A DNA stretch of 64,000 bases from an uncultured Bacillota bacterium (GTDB lineage: Bacteria > Bacillota > Limnochordia > Limnochordales > ZCTH02-B6). Under the pieces are notes generated by a model that was not told the origin of the DNA, searched no databases, and saw only the letters and a list, made by a program, of their open reading frames with translations. Every line of letters begins with the position of its first letter. The first letter of the stretch is position 1. Shown here in pieces: positions 44,130 to 53,439 of this stretch. A program made the position numbers and the translations under genes. Location of the stretch: contig CALJUZ010000064.1 of assembly GCA_937975235.1 (NCBI GenBank), positions 9,306 through 73,305 of the forward strand, read 5' to 3'.

Positions 44130-44327
44130 TCACCACCAGCGGAAGACCGTCTCCACGTCACGGAACAGCTGCGCGATGAGCTGAATGAGCCAGAGCAGCA
44201 CGATGACGACCCCGGCCAGGCTCAGCATCTGCGCCTGCTCCTGGCGGCCGGCCTGGGACAAGAAGATGTTCAAAATCGCGATGATGATGCCCAAACCCGC
44301 AATCTGGTAAATCATCGTGATGTCCAA
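44130..44327 (-). CDS. spoIIIAC: stage III sporulation protein AC
   Basis: 65 aa tail of the artefactual ORF 44130..46025: LDITMIYQIAGLGIIIAILNIFLSQAGRQEQAQMLSLAGVVIVLLWLIQLIAQLF. TTG 44327 lies 8 nt after GGAGGTG. Confidence 0.85.
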   Translation of the reverse strand: MDITMIYQIAGLGIIIAILNIFLSQAGRQEQAQMLSLAGVVIVLLWLIQLIAQLFRDVETVFRWW

Positions 44328-44344
44328 CGCCGGCGCACCTCCCG

Positions 44345-44863
44345 TCAGGCCAGCGCGATGACCAGCAGACCGCCGACGCACACGCCCAGCCAGCGCCACA
44401 GCCGGGCCTGCACCGCCGCCTCGGCCTCCGCCTCCTGCTGCTGACGGGCCAGGCGGGCCAGCGCCAGACGCAGGTGCCGTTCCTGGTCCGCGGCGGACGT
44501 GCGGCCGAGATACGGCGCCAAGTCCAGGAGCGCTTCCTCGTCGGCCGCGGTCAGGCACCAGCGCCGGCGCTGGGACAGCAGGGCCCGCCGCCACGCCTCC
44601 GGCGCCGGCAGCGGCCGCCGGCGTGCCAGCAGCGCCGCGGCCTCGGCGAAAAACGGCGCCACGGCCGGCGCGGTCCTTCGGCCCACCCGTTCCAGCGCCT
44701 CGGGCAGCGGCGTCGCGCCGTACACGATTTCCGTATGCAGCATGGTCAGCGCCGTCTGCAGGCCGGCCAGGATCGCGGGCCGTTGGCTGTACGAGCCGGC
44801 CACCACGAAGCCCGCAGCGCCCGCCGCGACCAGAATCAGCGCCGCGCCGAGCCAGCTCCCCAC
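44345..44863 (-). CDS. spoIIIAB: stage III sporulation protein AB
   Basis: 172 aa: ILVAAGAAGFVVAGSYSQRPAILAGLQTALTMLHTEIVYGATPLPEAL is the SpoIIIAB pattern. Confidence 0.85.
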   Translation of the reverse strand: MGSWLGAALILVAAGAAGFVVAGSYSQRPAILAGLQTALTMLHTEIVYGATPLPEALERVGRRTAPAVAPFFAEAAALLARRRPLPAPEAWRRALLSQRRRWCLTAADEEALLDLAPYLGRTSAADQERHLRLALARLARQQQEAEAEAAVQARLWRWLGVCVGGLLVIALA

Positions 44864-44944
44864 GAAGGCGCCCCCTTCCGCCCGGACGTTTGTCCACCAC
44901 GTGCCGCCGGGCCCGTGCCCGCGGGGCCGGCGCGCCGCAGCCCG

Positions 44945-45967
44945 TCAGCGTATGTGTACGGACGCGGCCGCGGGGATATGACCGCCCCCGCGTGGGGACG
45001 GCGGGGCGGTCACCGCTTTCACCGTCCCAGGCTGGTCCGGGCCGCCCAGCACGGCCAGCAGCTCGAACAGGCACGGGTTCAGGAGAGCCTGCAGCCCCGG
45101 CCGCCGCACCACGTCCTCCCAGCCGGCGCCGTGGGCGGACGCGATGACGGCAACGCCCGCGTGGGCGGCCTCGAACAGCGCGGCCGCGTCTTCGGGCCCT
45201 CCGATCTCGTCGGTGACGATAACCCGGGGCGACATGGTCCGCAGCGCCTGCATGACGCCCGCCGCCTTGGGGCAGCCGTCCACCACGTCGGTGCACGGCC
45301 CCACGTCCAGCTGGGGCACGCCCCGCACGCACGCCGCGATTTCCGACCGCTCGTCGACGACGCACACGGGCAGGCGGGCGCCCAGCCGGCGGGCGATGTC
45401 TCGGAGCACCGTGGTCTTGCCGCCCCCCGGCGGCGAGATGACCAGGGTGTGGCGGGGCCGTCCCGGGCCGCGCGCGATGTGAGGCACGATGCGCTCCGCG
45501 GCCCCCGGCACTTCGCGAGCGATGCGCAGGTTGAAGGAGCCCACGTGGCGCAAGGTGCGGGGTCGGCCGCCCTCCAGCGCCGTTTCGCCGCACAAGCCGA
45601 CGCGGTGGCCGCCCGGCAGCGTGATGTAGCCGTGCCGAAATTCCTCTTCCAGCGCGTACACCGACGAGCGGCTGATCCTCTCCAAAAACTCCCCGGCGTC
45701 GGCCGGCGCGAACGTCTCGGCCGCGTCCGGCACGGCCAGCGCCCCGCCGCGCCCGACAAACAGCTGCCCCCGGCCCCGGACGGTGACCGCCAGCGGGCGC
45801 CCGACCCGCAGCCGGATTTCCAGGAGACCGGTCAGCGCGTCTTCGGGCAGCAGCTGAAACAGAGGCTTGAGCCTTTCGGGCAGAAACGCCAGCGCGCCCG
45901 CGACGCCCCGCAGCTCCCCGCCCGCCCGCGCCTTCCCGCCCGCCTCCCGCACCGGCACCGCCGCCAT
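44945..45967 (-). CDS. spoIIIAA: stage III sporulation protein AA (ATPase)
   Basis: 340 aa with Walker A ISPPGGGKTT and VTDEIG Walker B-like segment. ATG preceded by GAGGAGG. Confidence 0.9.
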   Translation of the reverse strand: MAAVPVREAGGKARAGGELRGVAGALAFLPERLKPLFQLLPEDALTGLLEIRLRVGRPLAVTVRGRGQLFVGRGGALAVPDAAETFAPADAGEFLERISRSSVYALEEEFRHGYITLPGGHRVGLCGETALEGGRPRTLRHVGSFNLRIAREVPGAAERIVPHIARGPGRPRHTLVISPPGGGKTTVLRDIARRLGARLPVCVVDERSEIAACVRGVPQLDVGPCTDVVDGCPKAAGVMQALRTMSPRVIVTDEIGGPEDAAALFEAAHAGVAVIASAHGAGWEDVVRRPGLQALLNPCLFELLAVLGGPDQPGTVKAVTAPPSPRGGGHIPAAASVHIR

Positions 45968-45986
45968 GGCCCCGCCTCCTCACTGC

Positions 45987-46015
45987 ACCGTATGCCCGGG
46001 AAGGACAGGCTATGC
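45987..46015 (-). promoter_or_regulatory. candidate sigma-E type promoter of the spoIIIA operon
   Basis: Minus strand reads GCATAGC - 14 nt - CATACGGT, resembling the (k)mATAtt / CATAcanT consensus as I recall it. Lies about 20 nt upstream of the spoIIIAA RBS. Confidence 0.4.
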
Positions 46016-46029
46016 CGGGGCCCACCGTG

Positions 46030-46071
46030 AAAAAAAACGCCGCGGCGCCCGCAATCAGCGGCGCTCGCGGC
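46030..46071 (-). terminator. rho-independent terminator after the Zn-ribbon gene
   Basis: GC-rich imperfect hairpin (GCCGCG...CGCGGC with an inner GCGCC/GGCGC stem) followed by a run of eight T on the minus strand. Confidence 0.6.
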
Positions 46072-46131
46072 CTTTTCGCTCTCGTCTGTTCACAAGGGCG
46101 CCGGCACGGTCCCGGCCGCCCGCCCGGCGGC

Positions 46132-46626
46132 CTACGCCCGCGGCGGGCCGTCTTCGCCGGCGTCGCCCCCGGTTCCCTCGGCGTCTTCGTCTTCCTCGCG
46201 TCCGCTGGCGTCCCCGTTGCTCTCGACGCCGTTCAGGACGTAGATGAGCCGGCCGCACTCGGGGCAGGCCACCTCGTGCTCGCCGAACAGAAAGTGCTCT
46301 TCGAAATACACGGTTTCCCCGCAGTTGGGACACTGCATTTCCACGAAGTGCGCGTCCTCGTCGTCGTCGTCGAGGCCGTCGTCATCGTCGTCGAAGTCGT
46401 CCCCGAGCACTTCCTCTTCGAGATCCGCCAGATCGGCATCGATGGCTTCCAGATACTCTTCAATCTCTTCCTGCCCCAGCTCCAGCTCGTCCAGCCGATC
46501 GGCCACCGCGTCCAGGATTTCCAAGATCTTCTCCCAGACGACCCGGGCCTGCGGCCCGTTGCCGGCCAGGTCCGTGCCTTCCAGAAGGCCGCGCAGGTAC
46601 GCGATTTTTTCCCTTACCGTCGCCAT
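46132..46626 (-). CDS. CD1247 N-terminal-domain-like protein with acidic linker and C-terminal zinc ribbon
   Basis: N terminus MATVREKIAYLRGLLEGTDL..., a long Asp/Glu tract, then CPNCGETVYF...CPECGRLI (CxxC...CxxC). Conserved position upstream of spoIIIAA in Clostridia, as I recall. Confidence 0.65.
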   Translation of the reverse strand: MATVREKIAYLRGLLEGTDLAGNGPQARVVWEKILEILDAVADRLDELELGQEEIEEYLEAIDADLADLEEEVLGDDFDDDDDGLDDDDEDAHFVEMQCPNCGETVYFEEHFLFGEHEVACPECGRLIYVLNGVESNGDASGREEDEDAEGTGGDAGEDGPPRA

Positions 46627-46693
46627 CGACCAACACTCCTCTCCGGTCTGCGCCCGCTGGTAGTTTCCCCGCGACCGGCGCCCGATAGCAGCG

Positions 46694-47251
46694 TCAGGCG
46701 CGGGACAAATACTCGCCGGTGCGGGTGTCGACTTTGATGACGTCGCCCTGGTCGACGAACAACGGCACCTGCACCACCAGGCCCGTCTCCAGCGTGGCCG
46801 GCTTGGTCGCGCCGGTGGCGGTGTCGCCCTTGAAGCCCGGCTCCGTCTCCACGACCCGCAGTTCCACCGCGTTGGGCAGGTCGACGCCGATGGCCTGTCC
46901 TTCGTAAAACTGGATGTGGATGTGATCGTTCTCCTTGATGTACTTGGGCGCGTCGCCCAGCTGCTCCGACGTCAGCGTCACCTGCTCGTACGTTTCCGTG
47001 TCCATGAACACGTGCTCGTCGCCGCTGGCGTACAAGTACTGCATCTCACGGGTTTCGATGTGGGCGCGCTCCACCCGCTCGCCGGCCCGGAACGTGCGCT
47101 CCACCACGTTGCCCGTGCGCACGTTTTTCAGCGTGGTGCGCACGAACGCCGCGCCCTTGCCCGGCTTGACGTGCAGGAAGTCGACGACGCTGTACACGCC
47201 GTCGTCCAGGCGAATGGTCAGGCCTCTGCGAAGATCGTTGACGGAAATCAC
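46694..47251 (-). CDS. efp: elongation factor P
   Basis: 185 aa: [49 protein letters not shown] start after AAGGAGG. Confidence 0.97.
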   Translation of the reverse strand: MISVNDLRRGLTIRLDDGVYSVVDFLHVKPGKGAAFVRTTLKNVRTGNVVERTFRAGERVERAHIETREMQYLYASGDEHVFMDTETYEQVTLTSEQLGDAPKYIKENDHIHIQFYEGQAIGVDLPNAVELRVVETEPGFKGDTATGATKPATLETGLVVQVPLFVDQGDVIKVDTRTGEYLSRA

Positions 47252-47281
47252 GCGGAAAACCTCCTTGCTGAATCACGCGGA

Positions 47282-48370
47282 CTACGCCGGCAAGCAGATC
47301 AGTTCCTTGGTGGATTTCGTGAGAATGCGGCAGCCATCCTCCGTCACCACCACCAAATCCTCGATGCGGATGCCGCCGCGGCCGGGCAAATACACGCCGG
47401 GCTCGATGCTGCCCACCATGCCGGGCTCCAGCACCACCCCTCCCCGCGTGCTGAAGCGCGGGATCTCCTCGTGCACGTCCAGCCCGATGCCGTGACCCAA
47501 GCCGTGGCCGAAAAAGTCGCCGTAGCCCGCTTCGGCGATGATGTTTCGGGCCGTCGCGTCCACGTCCTTGGCCACCACGCCGGGCCGGACGGCCTCCACG
47601 CCGGCCTGCTGCGCCCGCAGCACCAGTTCGTACAGCACCCGGTCTTCGTCGGTGGGCCGGCCGATGAAAACGGTGCGCGTCATGTCCGAACAATAGCCTT
47701 TCCAAACGCAGCCGAAATCCAGCGTGACGAACTCGCCCGCTGCCAGGGGCTTGTCCGTCGGCCGCGCGTGGGGCAGCGCGCCGTTGGGCCCGGACGCGAC
47801 GATGGACGGGAATGCCAGCGCCTCCGCGCCCTGCTCCCGCATGAACACTTCCAGCTTCCAGGCGATCTCTTTTTCCGTCGCGCCCGGCCGGAGATGGTCG
47901 AGAATGTACGAGAAAGCCCGGTCCGCCACGTCGACGGCCGCCTGGATGAGCTCCAGCTCCTCCTGGCTCTTGCGGCCGCGCAGCTCTTCCACCAGCCCTT
48001 TGACCGGCACCCACTCCACCGCGGCCGGCTGGCCGTCCGGCGGGTTTTTCAGGTTTTCCAGCTGCTCCACCGTGACGTGGTGGCTTTCAAAGCCGATGCG
48101 CCGCCCGGCGTAGCGGGCCAGCCGCTGGTGCAGCGTCGCGTACGGGTCATCGTAACGCACCAGCGTGTAGTCGGGCGCCTGGGCCTTGGCCTGCTCCACG
48201 TAGCGGAAATCCGTCAGAAACAGCGCCTCTTCCCGGGTGATCAGCGCCATGCCGGCGCTGCCGGTAAAGCCGGTCATGTAGCGCCGGTTGGTGGCGCCCG
48301 TCACCAGCAGGCCGTCGATGTCAGCGTCCTTGAACGCGGCCCGCAGCCGCTCGATCCGCTCCTGCATCAC
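47282..48370 (-). CDS. pepP: Xaa-Pro aminopeptidase (M24B)
   Basis: 362 aa creatinase/prolidase fold: [42 protein letters not shown]. Confidence 0.9.
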   Translation of the reverse strand: MMQERIERLRAAFKDADIDGLLVTGATNRRYMTGFTGSAGMALITREEALFLTDFRYVEQAKAQAPDYTLVRYDDPYATLHQRLARYAGRRIGFESHHVTVEQLENLKNPPDGQPAAVEWVPVKGLVEELRGRKSQEELELIQAAVDVADRAFSYILDHLRPGATEKEIAWKLEVFMREQGAEALAFPSIVASGPNGALPHARPTDKPLAAGEFVTLDFGCVWKGYCSDMTRTVFIGRPTDEDRVLYELVLRAQQAGVEAVRPGVVAKDVDATARNIIAEAGYGDFFGHGLGHGIGLDVHEEIPRFSTRGGVVLEPGMVGSIEPGVYLPGRGGIRIEDLVVVTEDGCRILTKSTKELICLPA

Positions 48371-48373
48371 TGG

Positions 48374-48856
48374 CTATTCCTCGCTTTCGTCGCCTTTTTC
48401 CTCAAGCCGGCGCCGCGCCGCGGACACGGCCGCGATCAGCCCCAAAAGGTAGCTGTCCGGCCCGAAGCCCGCGATTTGGCCCGCGCACGCGGGCGCGACG
48501 ACCGAACGCCGGCGGAAAGGTTCCCGGGCGTGAATGTTGGACAGGTGCACTTCCACCACGGGCACGCCGACGGCTTTAATCGCGTCGTGCAGCGCGTAGC
48601 TGTAGTGGGTCAGCGCGCCGGGGTTGATGACGATGGCGTCGGCCTGGCCCGGTGCCTCGTGGATCGCGTCGATGAGCCGCCCCTCGTGGTTGGACTGAAA
48701 AAAGCGCACCTCGGCGCCCAGGTCGTCGGCCGACTCGCGCAGCCGCCGTTCGATGTCGGCCAGCGTCGCCGCACCGTACACGCCGGGCTCCCGCGTGCCC
48801 AGAAGATTCAGGTTCGGCCCGTTCAGCACCAATACCCTTACTTTGCGCTCGCCCAT
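48374..48856 (-). CDS. aroQ: type II 3-dehydroquinate dehydratase
   Basis: [21 protein letters not shown]...[12 protein letters not shown]...[15 protein letters not shown]...[15 protein letters not shown]. Confidence 0.95.
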   Translation of the reverse strand: MGERKVRVLVLNGPNLNLLGTREPGVYGAATLADIERRLRESADDLGAEVRFFQSNHEGRLIDAIHEAPGQADAIVINPGALTHYSYALHDAIKAVGVPVVEVHLSNIHAREPFRRRSVVAPACAGQIAGFGPDSYLLGLIAAVSAARRRLEEKGDESEE

Positions 48857-50463
48857 CGGTTTCGCTGCTCCCTTACAATTTCCAGCACCAAGTCATCAGG
48901 AACGTCGTCCCGCACCACCCAGCGGCCCGGCTGTTCCGCGAGCACGAAGCGGATTTTCTGGTCCACCGTCTTCTTGTCGCGCCGCATCAGCGTCAGCAGC
49001 TTCGCTTCTTCCACCGGCGGCGGGGCCGCCGGCAAGCCCGCCCGTTGGAGCAGATCCGCCAGGCGCTGCACCTCGGCTTCGGGGAAACCGGTCAGGCGCG
49101 CGGACAGCATGGCCGCCGCGACCATGCCGGCCGCCACCGCCTCGCCGTGCAGCATGCCCTCGTAGCCGAAAGCCGCCTCCAGCGCGTGGCCGATGGTGTG
49201 GCCGAAGTTCAGGCACTCCCGCACGCCCTCGGTCTCCCGCTCGTCCTCGGCCACGACGGCCGCCTTGATTTCACAGGAGCGGGCCACAATGCGCAGCAAA
49301 GCCGCCCGGTCTCCCGCGGCCAGCCGGTCCAGGCGGTCCTCCACGAACTGAAGCAGGTCCGGATCCCCGATGACGCCGTACTTGATGACTTCCGCCAGTC
49401 CCGCGGCCAGCTGCCTCTTCGGCAGCGTGCGCAGCGTGTCCACGTCGGCGATGACGATGCGCGGCTGGTGAAACGCGCCCACCAGGTTTTTCCCTTCATC
49501 CAGGTTGACGCCGACTTTTCCGCCCACCGCGGCGTCCACTTGCGCCAGCAGCGTCGTCGGCACCTGGATGAGGGCCACGCCGCGCAAGAACGTGGCGGCG
49601 GCGAAGCCCGCCAAATCCCCCACCACCCCGCCGCCCAGGGCGATAAAAAACGACCGCCGGTCCAGGCGGTGGCCCACCGCGGCCCGGTAAACCCGCTGGG
49701 CCGTTTCCAGGGTCTTGTACTGTTCGCCGTCGGGGATGTCGACCCGGGGCACTCGCAGGCCGGCCAGGGACAGGGAGCGCTGCACCAGCCCGCCGTAGAG
49801 CGAGCCCACCGTCTCGTTGGTGATCAGCAGGCCCTTGCTGAACGCGCCTCCCTGGCAGCAAAGGGAGCCCGCCTGATCAAGCAGGCCCGAGCCCACGTGC
49901 ACGTCGTAGGACCGCCCGTCCAGCCGCACCGGCACGCGCTGGGGCGCGGGCCGCTCATGTCCCGTGAGCAGCCGCTCGACTTGGTCCGCCACCTCGTCGG
50001 GAGACTTGCCTGACACGTCCACCACGTAGTCGGCCAGCCCGTAGATGCGCTCGCGGTCGGCGTACAGGCGCTGCAGGTCGGCACGGGGGCGCGTCAGGAG
50101 AGGGCGCGGACGCTCCGCTTCGGCCGCGGCCCTCGACAAAAGCTCCTCCAGGTCGGCCCGCAGCCAGACCAGGGGGCCCGTCCGGCGCAGCAGCGACAAG
50201 CTGCCGCGATCCATGACGGTGCCGCCGCCGGCCGCGATGACTTGCCCGCCCTCGCGGCAAATCCGCCGGACCGCGTCGGCCTCCCGCCGGCGAAAGCCGC
50301 TTTCGCCTTCCGCGGCGAAAATGTCCGGGATCGACATGCCGGCGCGCGCTTCGATGACGGCGTCCACGTCCACGAACGGACGGGACAAGCGGGCCGCCAG
50401 CCGCTGCCCGACGGTGGTCTTGCCCGCGCCCATGAAGCCGATGAGCGTCACATTGTCTTCCAT
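48838..50463 (-). CDS. aroKB: bifunctional shikimate kinase / 3-dehydroquinate synthase (AroK-AroB fusion)
   Basis: N-terminal about 170 aa shikimate kinase ([19 protein letters not shown]), then a full AroB ([42 protein letters not shown]...HTIGHALE). 19-nt overlap with aroQ. Confidence 0.9.
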   Translation of the reverse strand: MEDNVTLIGFMGAGKTTVGQRLAARLSRPFVDVDAVIEARAGMSIPDIFAAEGESGFRRREADAVRRICREGGQVIAAGGGTVMDRGSLSLLRRTGPLVWLRADLEELLSRAAAEAERPRPLLTRPRADLQRLYADRERIYGLADYVVDVSGKSPDEVADQVERLLTGHERPAPQRVPVRLDGRSYDVHVGSGLLDQAGSLCCQGGAFSKGLLITNETVGSLYGGLVQRSLSLAGLRVPRVDIPDGEQYKTLETAQRVYRAAVGHRLDRRSFFIALGGGVVGDLAGFAAATFLRGVALIQVPTTLLAQVDAAVGGKVGVNLDEGKNLVGAFHQPRIVIADVDTLRTLPKRQLAAGLAEVIKYGVIGDPDLLQFVEDRLDRLAAGDRAALLRIVARSCEIKAAVVAEDERETEGVRECLNFGHTIGHALEAAFGYEGMLHGEAVAAGMVAAAMLSARLTGFPEAEVQRLADLLQRAGLPAAPPPVEEAKLLTLMRRDKKTVDQKIRFVLAEQPGRWVVRDDVPDDLVLEIVREQRNRWASAK

Positions 50464-50525
50464 ACGGACGAGGGGTTCAACACGGACGGGCGGATTCCTG
50501 CGACGGAAGGACGGTCAACGGCGGC

Positions 50526-51068
50526 TCACTGCCGGGCCTTTTGCCGCAGCTGCCAGTCGCGCTCATCCAGCAGGCCCTGGCGGACCAGCTCCCGCAGCAC
50601 TTTGCGCTCCAGCCGGCGCATCATGCGGGTGGCGCCCAGTTCTTTGGCGCTCAGAGGATTGACCAGCACGGTGAAGGTGTTCATGCGGTTGCCGCCCAGC
50701 ACGTCGGTGAACACCTGATCACCGATAACCGCCGTCTCGTCGGGCCTGGTGCCCAAAAGCCGCATGGCCCGGCGGAACGCGCGCCCGATGGGCTTGGCCG
50801 CGTTGGCGATGGCCGGGATGTTGAACTCCCGGGCAAAGTGGCGGACGCGCCTCGAGCGCGCGTTGGACGTGAGGCAGATCTTAAAGCCGCGGCCCAGCGC
50901 GTCCTCCACCCACCGCCGGGCCTCCTCGGTGGCGTGGGGGTTGCCGTATTCGATGAGCGTGTTGTCCAGATCGACGATGAGCCCGCGGATGCCGCGGGCT
51001 TTCAGGTCGTCCAGGTCCACGGCGAAGAGCGACTCGTAAACGGCGTCGGGAGCCAGAAAACGCAGCAT
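50526..51068 (-). CDS. yqeG: YqeG family HAD-IIIA phosphatase
   Basis: IRGLIVDLDNTLI (DxD), LTSNA, KP, GDQVFTDVLGGN, with the typical YqeG length and order. Confidence 0.85.
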   Translation of the reverse strand: MLRFLAPDAVYESLFAVDLDDLKARGIRGLIVDLDNTLIEYGNPHATEEARRWVEDALGRGFKICLTSNARSRRVRHFAREFNIPAIANAAKPIGRAFRRAMRLLGTRPDETAVIGDQVFTDVLGGNRMNTFTVLVNPLSAKELGATRMMRRLERKVLRELVRQGLLDERDWQLRQKARQ

Positions 51069-51111
51069 CGGTTTCCTCCGTGTCTTCCACGCTGCCTGCG
51101 ATTATACCACA

Positions 51112-51813
51112 TCAGCCGTCGGCCAGCATCCGCTCCTGCAGCTTGTGGATGGCCCGCTTCTCGATGCGGGACACGTAGGACCGGGAGATGCCCAGAAGCT
51201 TCGAGATTTCCCGCTGCGTCTGCCTCACGCCGTCCAGCAGGCCGTAGCGCAGTTCCAAAATTTTCTTCTCCCGGCGGCTGAGGCCGGTCAGCGTCTCCCG
51301 CAGCCTTTGGCTTTCGATGCGCCGCTCCACCCGGTCCGCCACCATGTCCGCGTCGGTGCCCAAAATGTCCAGCAGCGTGATTTCATTGCCCTCTTTGTCC
51401 GCGCCGATGGGGTCGAAGAGGAGCACCTCGCCCCGGGTTTTCTTCGTGGCCCGCAGGTGCATCAAGATTTCGTTTTCGATGCACCGGGCCGCATAGGTGG
51501 CCAGACGGGTGTTCTTGCCGGGGTCGAAGGTGTTGATGGCCTTGATCAAGCCGATGGTCCCGATGGAGATGAGATCATCCGCGTCCTCGCCGGTGTTGTC
51601 GAACTTTTTCACGATGTGGGCCACCAGCCGCAAGTTGTGCTCCACCAACAGGTTGCGGGCGTCGGCGTCGCCGTCGGCCATGCGCTCCAAAAGGCGGGCT
51701 TCCTCGTCGGGCGGCAGCGGCTGCGGGAAGACGCTGTTGCTGATGTACGCCGCCGCGACGAGAAAGCCGTCCAGAAGCCACGCCGCCGCGGCCGCAATGA
51801 AAGGCGGGATCAA
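51112..51813 (-). CDS. sigK: sporulation sigma factor SigK (pro-sigma-K, uninterrupted)
   Basis: Pro-sequence plus [11 protein letters not shown] (B. subtilis YVKNNAFPQPL), [69 protein letters not shown] start 8 nt after AGGAGGTG. Confidence 0.9.
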   Translation of the reverse strand: MIPPFIAAAAAWLLDGFLVAAAYISNSVFPQPLPPDEEARLLERMADGDADARNLLVEHNLRLVAHIVKKFDNTGEDADDLISIGTIGLIKAINTFDPGKNTRLATYAARCIENEILMHLRATKKTRGEVLLFDPIGADKEGNEITLLDILGTDADMVADRVERRIESQRLRETLTGLSRREKKILELRYGLLDGVRQTQREISKLLGISRSYVSRIEKRAIHKLQERMLADG

Positions 51814-51838
51814 GCAGACGCACCTCCTGAGAATGAAA

Positions 51839-51890
51839 GACCCGCGTGCGCGGGTCCGGGCGCTTCGGCGCCGTTCTCAGGAAGTGTATG
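51839..51890 (-). promoter_or_regulatory. sigK upstream region: mother-cell-type -10 (CATACACT) and two leader hairpins
   Basis: Minus strand has CATACACT (51890..51883) with AC 17 nt upstream, then GGCGC-CGAA-GCGCC (51872..51859) and GACCCGC-GCAC-GCGGGTC (51856..51839) followed by TTTCATTCTC and the RBS. Confidence 0.35.
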
Positions 51891-51926
51891 AAAAAGCCGG
51901 GCGGCGCGTGCCTGGACGCGCCGCCC
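51891..51926 (-). terminator. rho-independent terminator after mltG
   Basis: GGGCGGCGCG-TCCAGGCA-CGCGCCGCCC on the minus strand, followed by GGC and TTTTT. Confidence 0.65.
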
Positions 51927-51944
51927 GCATCCGGGCCGCCCGCG

Positions 51945-53030
51945 TCAGCGGTTCAGCTGCTGGCGGGCCCGCACGTGCTCGTTGAAGGTGCGGCTGAAAA
52001 TGTGGGTGCCGTCGCCGCGGGCCACGAAGTAATACCATTCGGTCTCCGCGGGCTCCAGCACCGCTTCGATGGCGCTGAGGCCCGGGCTGCCGATGGGGCC
52101 GGGCGGCAGTCCCCGGTTGCGGTACGTGTTGTAGGGCGAGGGAATCTCCAGGTCCGCGTACAAAATCCGCGGGCGGTGCTCGTCAAACAAGTACGCAATG
52201 GTCGGATCCGCCTGCAGCGGCATATCGATGCGGAGACGGTTGATGAACACCGAGGCGATGATGGGCTGCTCCCGCTTGAGCAGCGCCTCCTTCTCCACGA
52301 TGGAGGCCAGCGTCACCACTTCGTGCAGGTTCATGCCCAGGGGCGCAGCGCGCCCTTCCACTACGGGCAGGACCACCTCGACGAAGCGGTTCACCATGGT
52401 GCGGATGATTTGCTCTTCGGTCATGGACGGAGAGAACAAGTACGTGTCCGGGAACAAGTAGCCTTCCAGGGAAGGGACCGGCTTTTCAATGGGCGGCTGG
52501 TCGCCGTACACCAGCGACTCGTCGCCGGCGAGCATCAGGAACCGCTCCCGGTCCACCAGGCCTTTGGCCGCCAGCACGTCCGCGATTTGCCGCAGGTGGA
52601 GACCTTCCTGAATGGTCACCCGCTCCGCGTGAATGCGCCCGCGGCGCAGCGTCTCCATGACCGTCAGCAGTCCCATGTCGCTGCTGAGCAGGTAGTCGCC
52701 GGCCTGCAGCTGGGACTCGAAGCCGTACAGCCGGCTCATCAGCCGAAAGTGGCGGGCGTCGCGGATGAGCCCTTCCCGTTCCAGCATGTCGGCGATGTCG
52801 CCGCTGCTCATCCCCGGAGGGATGGTGACGATGGCCGCGTGGGCGTCGGCGGCCGACGTCAGCGGCATGGTCATGTAGCCGTGCGCCGCCAGCGCGGCCA
52901 ACGCGCCCAAGCCCAGCAGCAGCAGAACCCACGATACCGCGCGCAAAACGCGCCGGCCGAAGCGCGGGTCCGCCGCCGCCGGGCTCGGATTATGTCCGGA
53001 GGGGACCAAATTTGCGGAAAAATGATCCAT
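51945..53030 (-). CDS. mltG: endolytic transglycosylase MltG (YceG-like)
   Basis: N-terminal TM, then the YceG domain (GDYLLSSDMGLLTVMETL, LASIVEKEA, INRL...MPLQADPT..Y, YNTY...GLPPGPIGSPG). Start set at ATG 53030 after GAGGTGGGA. The ORF extends to TTG 53078. Confidence 0.9.
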   Translation of the reverse strand: MDHFSANLVPSGHNPSPAAADPRFGRRVLRAVSWVLLLLGLGALAALAAHGYMTMPLTSAADAHAAIVTIPPGMSSGDIADMLEREGLIRDARHFRLMSRLYGFESQLQAGDYLLSSDMGLLTVMETLRRGRIHAERVTIQEGLHLRQIADVLAAKGLVDRERFLMLAGDESLVYGDQPPIEKPVPSLEGYLFPDTYLFSPSMTEEQIIRTMVNRFVEVVLPVVEGRAAPLGMNLHEVVTLASIVEKEALLKREQPIIASVFINRLRIDMPLQADPTIAYLFDEHRPRILYADLEIPSPYNTYRNRGLPPGPIGSPGLSAIEAVLEPAETEWYYFVARGDGTHIFSRTFNEHVRARQQLNR

Positions 53031-53080
53031 CGTTCCCACCTCGGCCACAATTATAGCGGGCCGGGCGTCCCGTGGCAAAT

Positions 53081-53422
53081 TCAGGCTTCGTCGTCTTCGT
53101 CGTCCTCGAAGTAGTCGTAGTCGTCTTCGTCCTCGTCGAAGCCGTAGTCTTCGTGGTCCTCCAAGTGGAGGCGAAACGCGGTCTCGACGCGCTCAAACTC
53201 CTCGTCGTCGTCCACGGCCACGAAAAATTCCTCGCCGTCCTCGTCTTCCTCCACGCGGAACACGTAGGCGTAGTTTTCCTCGCCCTCCTCGGGCTCCACC
53301 AAAGCGGCCAGCACGTACTCCACGTCGTCCACGACGATAGAGTCCAGCACCTGGAAATCGATCTCGTTGCCTTCGTCGTCCAGCAGCGTAAAGACGCCGG
53401 TTTCTTCGGTCACCGGGACCAC
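53081..53422 (-). CDS. DUF1292 family acidic protein
   Basis: From GTG 53422 (6 nt after GGAG): FTLLDDEGNEIDFQVLDSIVVDDVEYVLAALVEPEE...YVFRVEEDEDGEEFFVAVDDDEEFERV, ending in a poly-Asp/Glu tail. Confidence 0.75.
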   Translation of the reverse strand: MVPVTEETGVFTLLDDEGNEIDFQVLDSIVVDDVEYVLAALVEPEEGEENYAYVFRVEEDEDGEEFFVAVDDDEEFERVETAFRLHLEDHEDYGFDEDEDDYDYFEDDEDDEA

Positions 53423-53439
53423 TCCAATCTCCGTTTGGG

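Noticed and set aside
44130-46025. 631-aa ORF spanning spoIIIAA to spoIIIAC in another frame. Similar 5' over-extensions occur in ORFs 1723..3021, 7531..8733, 23048..24124, 29476..30864, 57276..59729, 58535..60562 and 60289..62013.
   Set aside because: Only the 3' portions carry recognisable domains. The upstream parts overlap better-supported genes and are Arg/Gly-rich. Internal starts with RBS or 4-nt overlaps give proteins of canonical length.
51112-51813. Looked for a skin-like intervening element or recombinase splitting sigK.
   Set aside because: The ORF is continuous through regions 2 to 4, and no integrase or recombinase gene is present nearby.
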